This document shows positions 39,287-47,760 of a stretch of 47,760 bases of DNA, in pieces (the first letter of the stretch is position 1; every line of letters begins with the position of its first letter). The notes beneath the pieces were generated by a model. It was not told the DNA's origin and searched no databases. It worked only from the letters and a program-made list of their open reading frames with translations. The position numbers were made by a program, and so were the translations under genes. The DNA is from Welwitschia mirabilis. Taxonomy: Eukaryota. The stretch covers positions 36,539,350 to 36,587,109 of the forward strand of contig JBOZIK010000001.1 in assembly GCA_051453625.1 (NCBI GenBank), given 5' to 3'.

Positions 39287-39393
39287 CTGCAACAAGCAAG
39301 CATAAGAAATTCTTGCCATATGAATCAGGAAAAGGAAAAATGAAAGAATGGAATAGTCTATGAATGACAATGCAACAGTAAAATAAAACTTGC

Positions 39394-39459
39394 CTGCACG
39401 AGACCATTCTGTCTCCAGCTGGATTGAAACTGACAGCCCACACAGTTGACGTATGGCCA
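39394..39459 (-). CDS. CIA1: CIA1 coding exon (most 5' one in the window)
   Basis: tgcag|T GHTSTVWAVSFNPAGDRMVSC AG|gcaagt; 66 nt. Joins in frame to SDDLTL. Confidence 0.93.
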
Positions 39460-39859
39460 CTGCAAAAGTAAAGTTCTTGTTTCATTTATTATATTGTTTC
39501 CTAAATACAACAGGTAATAATATGCCCAACCATTAAGCTTGCTGCGTTGACATCAGCACAGATAAAAACACTATAACATTCAAAAAATAAGACTCAATTA
39601 TCATATATTCAATGAAATTGTGAATGACACCTATGATTACAGAATACTAAAACCTACATCATGATAGTTTGAGCCTATCACCATGTGACATGCTTATAGT
39701 GGCTAGCACTCTTACGCCTGAACTATTTCATTGCTAAAACCACTGTTCATTATGGTTTAACAGAGAATCTCTATTGTGCATGGTATGCGTAACTATTAAT
39801 CTTATAGGTGTGGTCGACTGAATAATGGACCCTGCATATAATTGTTGTGTTTAAACTAT

Positions 39860-40787
39860 TAGAGGATCTTTATCACCCTAGAAAGGAGAGGGTGAAAAAA
39901 GGTGCTTTTAAATTTTGAATAAATCTTAGCTAGAAAAATTCCTAAAGTAAAACAAGCAAAGAAGAAGAAAGGACACACACAATAATTACAGTGGTTTTGC
40001 ATAAGCCTACTACACTCTCAGGGGGCAGCAACAAGCCTTTAGCTTTTTGGTTCCCTTTCAAAATCTTGTCTTCACAATGGGTACAAGCAAGTTTCCACCC
40101 TAGGGCTCTTTATCCTACAAGCAGCTTTAACTCACAACTCAGTGAGTTCACAAGAGAAAAACAAAACTGAGTTAGTTGGATTCATTGAGACCTAGCAGTT
40201 GCGAGTTTTTAAAAAACTAGTGAGTTTTTGAAACAAAATCATGAGTTTTCACCAAATACTTGTAGTCAAAGAGTCTCATCATTAGAGGCTAGTTGTTGGG
40301 GGAAAAACTTGCAACCATACAAAGAGTGTCCATTGTATATACAAGTACAAGCCGAGATGACAATAATTGACACATACTAACATTGAACGGCATCTCCTAC
40401 CTAAATACCTCTTGCATCTCGTGCAAAAAATGAAGAAAACAGAAAAGAAAACAAACAAGCACACAAACAATTTAACGATGTTCAGGCCCTTTGTACCCTA
40501 CTTCTTCAAACTAGCACAGGGCTTTGTTAAATCAACTACAAAACTAGCAGTCACAAGGAACACAAGTTGTTCCCCTAGCTCAAGCCAAAACCACAAGCAA
40601 GATGGTGAATGACTCCAACCATGACCACACCCTCATAGGAAACCCCTACCCTCCTTTCATAGCCTTAAATAGCCTTAGATAAAAATCCCCAAATTAACAT
40701 TGACCCCACACACCACTCTTTTTTACTTTTGACTTTATTTTTTAACTTTATAACATAGGGTTACTTTTGGCTTCATAATGACTAACA
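39860..40787 (-). mobile_element. SIRE-like solo LTR
   Basis: End motif caccctagaaaggagagggtgaa at ~39875 and a ...gactaaca terminus at 40787. No TSD found. Confidence 0.55.
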
Positions 40788-41989
40788 TGAAGATGAAAAA
40801 CCAAGCCAAGTTTCAACTCTCGCTCGCTTGCTATCATGCATACATAGGTGACATTATGCTCCCTTTTTGGTGGTCCAGCAAAGATCCCATGCACACATGC
40901 TAGTCAGTCTACCATGGGGACTGACTAAATGTTATTTAACTCAAAGAAATACCTGCCAACTCATGGAGAGTCTTCCTATAATGCTAGATATAAAGAAAGA
41001 GGTTATTACTCTACATTAATGTCTATTAGAAGTATCATGCATATAAGCCAATCTTTCTTTTACACACACAAATACACACAAAGTCATTAGTTCTAAGTGC
41101 TGAAGAACAATTTAAGGGGAAAAAATTGATTATAGGTTATAATGTTATATCAAATCCTTTTGTAACCATGAGAACATATAAAAGGTAAAAGCCCACAAAA
41201 GAGAGCAAGAGAGAATAGAATTGTGACAACTCTCGTATGGTGAACAACATAGAAGTTATAAGTGGGTAATAAATATTGGTCTGATACTAAGATTAGGTAT
41301 TGGGTTAAGGATATCAACAAGTTTTGGATCATGACTACATTCTTGGACAATGGTAAAATTAATTGGGGGGAAAAAGAGGAGGGCACGGACTATGATTTGT
41401 TATTAGGGAACCATGGAATTTCTCTACTTCAACCCCAAGGATCTTGCCATAGAACAAGCACAAGATTTACAAGAATGATACACATATTAAATGAATATCA
41501 ATTGATCAATGTAAACACAGAATGGTATGTTTATGCTTAAGGAGTGTTGACAAGGTCTTAATCCATATCCATATCATTCTTTGATAACAGTATTATTGAG
41601 TTTGATCTATTAATGTGTACCAATGAGGCAGAGCGGGTTAGTCAAGTAGTTGATGTAGCTCCCATTGGGTCATGAGTTCAAGCTATAACCTATGCCTTAA
41701 GGCATAGTACTCTAGTCTCCTCCTTTAAGGTTCGAATACTAACCTGCACCAATGTGTTGGGTGTAAAGGAGACTCTGCACTTGGCTTGGTGGGTGATGTG
41801 CAGAACCCATGACAGACACTAGATGGCACAACACATCTAGACAATGGCAGCTAGGACACATGAATGAACATTCAAGTTTGCCACCGAAGAGCTTCAACTT
41901 GCTTCAACTGAGGCTTTCTCTTTCATATGCACCAAAGAGAGAGAGAGAGAGAGAGAAGAGAGGGGGTAGGGGAACAAAAGGGAGGGGGA

Positions 41990-42158
41990 AGGGGTTGGAA
42001 GATTAATGTGATCATGGAATACGTCATCGAATAAAGAATCCTCAGCATATAATGCATTATAAAATCAGAAGTTTGTAGGAGGGAGGGGGTGGAAGAGTAA
42101 TGTGATCATGGAATAAGGAATTCTCGACATATATGCATTATAAAATCAGAAGTTTGTA
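41990..42158. repeat. ~85 bp direct duplication next to a (GA)n microsatellite (~41936-41955)
   Basis: taatgtgatcatggaata...atgcattataaaatcagaagtttgta occurs twice. Confidence 0.8.
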
Positions 42159-42242
42159 TAGATAGAGGTATTATTGCAATAAGTAAGGAAAGAATACTCT
42201 TATTACTACTTATTTATTAAAATAATACTAATATTATTTTCC

Positions 42243-42540
42243 AAAGGTCTAAGTTTTAGTATGGTATTATTGTAATTCCATAGTGTCATGAGATAATTAG
42301 AATGAGTACTGCTAATACAAATTAAATAGTTAATAACCTAAATTAAACATAGTTGGTGAGATTGAAAGGTCACAACCCTAAATTAAACATAGTTGGTTAG
42401 ATTGAAAGGTCTAAGTTTTAGTATGGTATTATTGTAATTCCATGGTGTCGCAAGATAATTAGAATGAGTACTGATAATACAAATTAAATAGTTAATAATC
42501 TAACATAAACATAGTCAGTTAGATTGAAAGGTCACAACCC
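42243..42540. repeat. ~163 bp tandem duplication
   Basis: aaaggtctaagttttagtatggtattattgtaattccat starts at 42243 and at 42406. Confidence 0.85.
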
Positions 42541-42599
42541 TTGGACCTTCAGTATAAGGATGTCTACATCAATCAAGTAGTGAGTAGTAAAAAAAACAA

Positions 42600-44500
42600 A
42601 TTCTTAAAAAAATATATTAAGTTATTTATTAAATCACTTGTTCTTTATTTTTCTTTTGCCTTTCATTCAGTTCGTTATTTGCAACTTGTTTGTCATCCTA
42701 CTTTATGATTGTAAGCTAAACTGTTTCACTCTCTTGATTCACTTGAGTTCCTACATGTTTCCTTCTTGTGTGATAAGATTAAATAACACATATGAGAGCT
42801 CATTTGGGTCTCTGAATACCACTTGCAACTATTCTTTTTCCTTGCATCTCGCTTGCAACCATCTCTTACTGCTATTTCATGCTTAACTTTGTGTATCAAA
42901 TTTTCAAGAAGTTTCAATCTAATGAGATTAAAGTTGTTTTTAACACATTTATCATTAAAAAAAGTTTTTTTTGAATTATTTGAAAGATTGAGGCTAATCT
43001 CTAAAAATTCTAATTGTACATAAAAGGTAAAGGTAAACTTGAAGAAACTTGTATCGGATTGTAGTTTTGAGCAACAGCGATCTGAAATCGAAAATCTACT
43101 AGGTGGATTTTAAGAATTGAGTACATTAAATTTGGTAAGCTGATAATCTCTATTTTAATCCATTATAAACTGTGTTGTTCTTTTATTTCTTTTGTTCTTG
43201 CATGTTCACGTTTTAAGTTCCAATTTCAAAGTTCTTTTCCTTGAAATTATTCACTTCATAAAATGAACTTTTGGTTACAGAGCTACTCCATGTTCTATTT
43301 TCATGTGAATTGATACTGTCAGAAGTTTTAAATTTTGATTATTGTTTTGTTGATATGGTTGTTCCAACATAGAGAATCTTATCAAACCATACTCAACTCT
43401 CCAGTGTACCAATCAGAATTCTTCACTTGGTATTAAAGCACTGGTTAAGCTAGTTATGGGGTCTTAAAAACACTTATCTTGAACCCTTAACATGAATCCA
43501 TAACAAGCAAACTCCCTTTCTAGGCCACCCTTTTTCAATGGGACAAAGCAATCAAATTGGAAAGTGACACTGACAATGTCCACAGAATATGTTGATGTCA
43601 ACATATGGAACATCATTCAGAATGGATATTCATTATCAAATAACTCTATTAAAGATGCAAAATGGAAATACAATTACTTCTCTCGAGCATAGAAATCAAT
43701 GGAATCAAACTGGGAAGCTTATTATACTTTCATGCCAGGTGATAATATCAAAAGTTTTAGATTTCAATCACCGTCTGTTGATAGAGTTGCACTAAATAGA
43801 GAATCTTATTCAATCCCATGCAGCCCCTAGGGTACTTATCCTAGCCCTTTTGTTGGTATTAGAACTCTATTTAAGCCACTTTTGGGGTTCTAACACTCTA
43901 GCTTAAACCTTTATCATGCATCCATCTCAAGCAAGAAGGAATATGTATTTTGTGGCTAAACTAGTCATTTGTTGTTACTTGAACAACGTTTAGCATGATC
44001 CATGAGGGTTGTCATATCTTCCCTATTCCTGGTCATTCCCAAATAAGGTTGTAATCTAGCAGAACAGTCCTGGAATATGGTGAAAACTACTTCGTTATTT
44101 TTCTAGGTCATTCTATACTATGTTTTGCATAAAGTCATGTATATAAACTTATAGCATATATCATTCATCACTCGAGTCAGTTCATTCAATAGAGTTAGTT
44201 AGAGCAGTCACTAATTTCTTTTATCAAACACTTTAGAAGACCTGTCCATTGCAAAAAGGTAATCATGTTGGTATTGGAATAGTTGTTTTTTGAGATACAT
44301 GTTAGCTAGCGAGTCGAGATTCATGTTCATGTTTAACTGTGAGGATGGAGACATGGCTTTTGGTGACAATCATGGGACCAAAAGAGAAGATATCATAACT
44401 TTTGATGGAGGTATGTTTCCTGTCACTTAAAGCACAATCTTTTAAGTATTAGTCAAATTTATGGCAAGGAACACACAGTTAAAGTTTAGGAGAATACTAT
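42600..44500 (+). mobile_element. SIRE-like LTR end, PBS and gag/protease fragments
   Basis: LTR-end CA at 43425; PBS tggtattaaagc at 43428; gag SRPPFFNGTKQSNWKV..IWNIIQNGY from 43492; second PBS-like site at 43854; DGDMAFGDN at ~44345. Left edge approximate. Confidence 0.7.
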
Positions 44501-45069
44501 TCATTGCCATTATTCGTGCATAAACATTTCAGCTTTCTCTTAGTTTAAGTTTCAACAAGTTCTACAAATTCTTTACGCTTTTCAAATACACCAAACTTTG
44601 TATTATAGAGAATACAACCATGGCTTTTTAAAAAAGTCACCAATAAATAAAATATAACATTTGCAACCTCCAATTGATGGAAAATTATAGAACTAAAGAA
44701 ATCATTATCCACAAGCACTAGAGGCTTCTTGCAAGTTGCATCTAGAGCTGAATGTAGGGAAACTAAAATGAGGTTGTTTTCCAAAACAGATAGCACTTAA
44801 CAAAAGTCAAATGAAGTGTCAGTATTACCTGGAATTTCTTTCCCTGTTTCAAAATCTTTAGACCATGTTCATCAATGTGGCCTAGTCTTTAAGTTGAGCA
44901 TCGTGACCACCTTGAATTATTAATGTAGAACTAACTGTGTTAGGAAGTAAAATATATGGTGTCCATAGTTTTATGCCTTTCGCAATGATGAGCAAGAGTA
45001 CAATCATGTAGTCTAAATTAGTACAAATTCCTCCATCTGATAAACAACTAACAGATAATAAGACTTTTG

Positions 45070-45730
45070 CTAAATTTGGTACATGATGAACATGAGGAAT
45101 GTTTCGAATTGGTTAACGTTGAAATTAAGTCTTAACTTTCCCAACACTAAAAGTTTGCAAGGAACGTTGTCAATAGGATAACTCATACCTATTGAGGAAG
45201 AATCATAGTCACAAAGCCAGTCCTTATGGGGAATCATATGAAGTGACGCACCTAAATTGATAATCTGAATACAGATTGCTGCCTTGATGATTAGATAGAA
45301 AAATATTTTCATTGTCAGCCTACGTATCTTTATTTTCTCTAGGCATGTTAGAATATTGACAATCTCTCCTTATATGCCCCTATTGGCTTACGATGCCAAT
45401 AGACTACTTCACCACTATGACTTGATCCTTTGAATTGTGTAATCTTCCTTTGAATATATCATTTTTCTTTTGGTTTAAAAAATGAAGCCTTTATTTTCTG
45501 TGTTCGATCTCTCAAAGAGAGGGCTTCAAATATAGGTTCAATAGATCTTCTTCAAACCTCGTCACTTAAAATACTTCCAATAGTATCATTAAAGGACATG
45601 TTCATAGCAGAACTAACTGTATAACTGGTTGTTGAAGTAGCAAAATTATTTTGTGCGAAGCAAGCATAACATTGTTTTACATTGATCTTGTTCTAAAATC
45701 TTATCTTCTGGCAATTCTAATTGAACAACC
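45070..45730 (-). pseudogene. Tork-like copia gag-protease fragment
   Basis: IINLGASLHMIPHKDWLCDY (protease), a decayed zinc knuckle at ~45400, and a gag segment FNDTIGSILSDE. Confidence 0.7.
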
Positions 45731-45779
45731 AATTAGTGAAAGGAATATTTGGGGAAAAGATAATTCATGAAACTCTTGA

Positions 45780-46060
45780 ACGGTAGAGAGTTGCTAGGCA
45801 TTTAAATAGAATATTGATGGATAAGAGTTGTTAAATGGCTCTAGATTAGAGTAGAAATTCTGGGCTGAAGCAGGGAATGATGGCTTGTTATCTAAACAAT
45901 CATTTCCCATCTTTTAACCTTGATGGTAAAACACTTGAAGAGGTCTCATTCAGTAAACATGTTAATCCTAGCCATCTAGGAGCTGTTGGATGGGATGTAT
46001 ATGTGCATGTTGTTAGAAAAGCTCTTGTCATTGATGCCCCTTCAAGAAATTGGTTTTTAG
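45780..46060 (+). pseudogene. Copia integrase fragment
   Basis: KFWAEA..ACYLNNHFPSFNLDGKTLEEV..SHLGAVGWDVYVHV. Confidence 0.8.
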
Positions 46061-46769
46061 TGTCTTCTTAAGTCTTGTTTCAAGTTGGGTCAGCTGAATC
46101 GCTAGTGAGAGCAACCTGAAGAATTTGTGATCTTTCCTATCAGAAAGTAAATCAGCTGAGGGCGACAAAACATTTTCTGAGGTTGACCAGATTAAGTCAG
46201 CTGAGAACCTCTATTAGAAGACTGAATCTTCTCAGGGCAACCAAACATTCTCTGAGGTCAATCAGATTCAAAATCAACTGATAACCACTATCTAAAGGCC
46301 GAATGTTCTAAGGGAAACTAAGCATCTTCTAAGGGCAACAAGATCTCCACAAAAATCTTTGGCATCCTTGTCAGACCGATTGTACGTTTCTTCAGGTCAA
46401 CTGATCAACTAGCCATTTGATTTTTTTATGAACGTTAGCACACTCCAGTTCGTTCTAGGCAAGATCTAGGGAAATAGAGATCATTTGGAAGTTAGCAAAT
46501 CAATCAGAAAGCCCTAAGAACTTAAACAAAATCAAAAGTTTCCTTACAGTTAATGCTTCTCTGAAATCTTTCTCAGCTGTGCTATTCTTGTGAAATTTAC
46601 ACTTCTCTTCAAGCTTTCATTCTATCATCAAGCTTTTAGAGCTCTTCTTCTTTGTGCTTAGCTCGGGATGATACAATGTAACTATGCACATCTCACATTC
46701 CATCTCCATTTTTCTCTAGACTCCTAAAGTAGTTGTCAAGAACATGGAACAGTTGGAAAGAAATTTTTT

Positions 46770-47460
46770 TATAGGAAAGCATTCTTTACCAGAAGCATAT
46801 TTATTTGAAAAATTGGGATTCCATGATCATAGGATAAAGGCAGTTTGGTTTAAAAAGACTCCATAAGTTAAATATTTTTCTCTTAGCTAAAGTAGTTGGA
46901 GGTTACATTCAAAGAATGGAAAACTGATTCAAGTATTAAAGTCCAAATATTGAGATCATTTTGAAAATTTCTTTGAAGGCCCGCATATCATCAAAGGCTC
47001 TACAATTGGAAATGATTTGCAAAAATTAAGAGCTTGGTTTAAGAATAAGATAAATTCGGATATTCATGGAAGTTGGAAGAGGCAAGGCAAGAATAATTTT
47101 AAATTTGTGAGAGCTTATAATATTCTTTATCCACCTGAGTTAGAAGCAAGTAAATGGTTTTAAAAATGAAATTAGGCCAAAATTACAATTCTTTTTTCTC
47201 TAGTACGATTAGAGAAATTGATTTTTTTCCAAAGAACCTTCAAAAATGTTATTGGACAATTACATATCAATGTAACTTTTGCAAAAATAAAGAGAAATTA
47301 TCTAGACATTATTTTCTTAATCACTTGTGGAAAAAATAATGTTTAAAACTTTATGTTTTTCTCAATAACAAAACAATAAATAATTCATGGAAATGATACT
47401 GAACATCTCGCTAAAAAATACTATTGGTCTAATGGTCAACCAGAGGTCAATATTGTTTTT
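46770..47460 (+). pseudogene. Decayed coding sequence of uncertain origin, possibly caulimovirid TAV-like
   Basis: Long codon-like open stretches broken by frameshifts (EAYLFEKLGF..IKAVWF; FEGPHIIKG..LYPPELEASKWF; FFSSTIREIDFFPKNLQK). No copia/gypsy core motifs. Confidence 0.35.
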
Positions 47461-47481
47461 TCCCCAATTTGCTTCCTCATG

Positions 47482-47760
47482 TGTTATGGCAACTTTGGAA
47501 AGAACATGGATTAAAATTTGAAGAAATATTGGGAGAAACCCCTTTCATTCAATATATGGAAGTATTTACAATACCCACTTATTTATAGGACATAAGTCCT
47601 CTAAAACAAAATGCCTAATCAATGTGGGATTTAAGGAAATAACATAAAATAGCAAATTATGGAGCTAATAGCAATTACATACCACAATTGAACACAATCG
47701 GAATAGTCAACACTCCCCCTCAAGTTGGTGCATAGATATCACACATGCCCAATTTGCAGA
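47482..47760 (-). mobile_element. 3' end of an Ale-like copia: pol terminus, PPT and ~231 bp LTR
   Basis: Minus strand CKLGMCDIYAPT*, then GGGGGAG and TGTTGAC at 47712; distal TGTTA at 47482. Confidence 0.85.

Noticed and set aside
39460..47760. Search for upstream CIA1 exons (e.g. YDNTIKxW...CVQTL)
   Set aside because: None recognised; they presumably lie beyond the window.

Overview
AT-rich land-plant nuclear DNA from a gapped draft assembly. The only intact-looking gene is the 3' half of CIA1/CIAO1 (WD40 cytosolic Fe-S assembly factor) on the minus strand. Six coding exons between 39459 and 26502 splice in frame, with one GC-AG intron, an 11.4 kb intron filled with transposable elements (TEs) and an upstream intron >8 kb running off the window. 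Nearly everything else is decayed TE sequence: an Athila-like 3' end, a Tekay/Del-like LTR pair with a chromodomain remnant, several Tork/Tnt1-, SIRE- and Ale-like copia remnants and solo LTRs, a CRM-like integrase remnant, a TRIM-like unit and a DUF659-type hAT transposase pseudogene. The most unusual items are: (1) a WFCHRRLKD-type homeobox pseudogene between the primer-binding site (PBS) and polypurine tract (PPT) of the Tekay-like LTR pair; (2) tandem LTR-end+PBS copies inside that LTR; (3) a 4-copy ~365 bp array of the hAT BED zinc-finger segment; (4) a TRIM-like unit with two unrelated LTRs; (5) a decayed coding stretch resembling caulimovirid TAV-type proteins. All family and lineage calls come from manual motif recognition; no database search was run.
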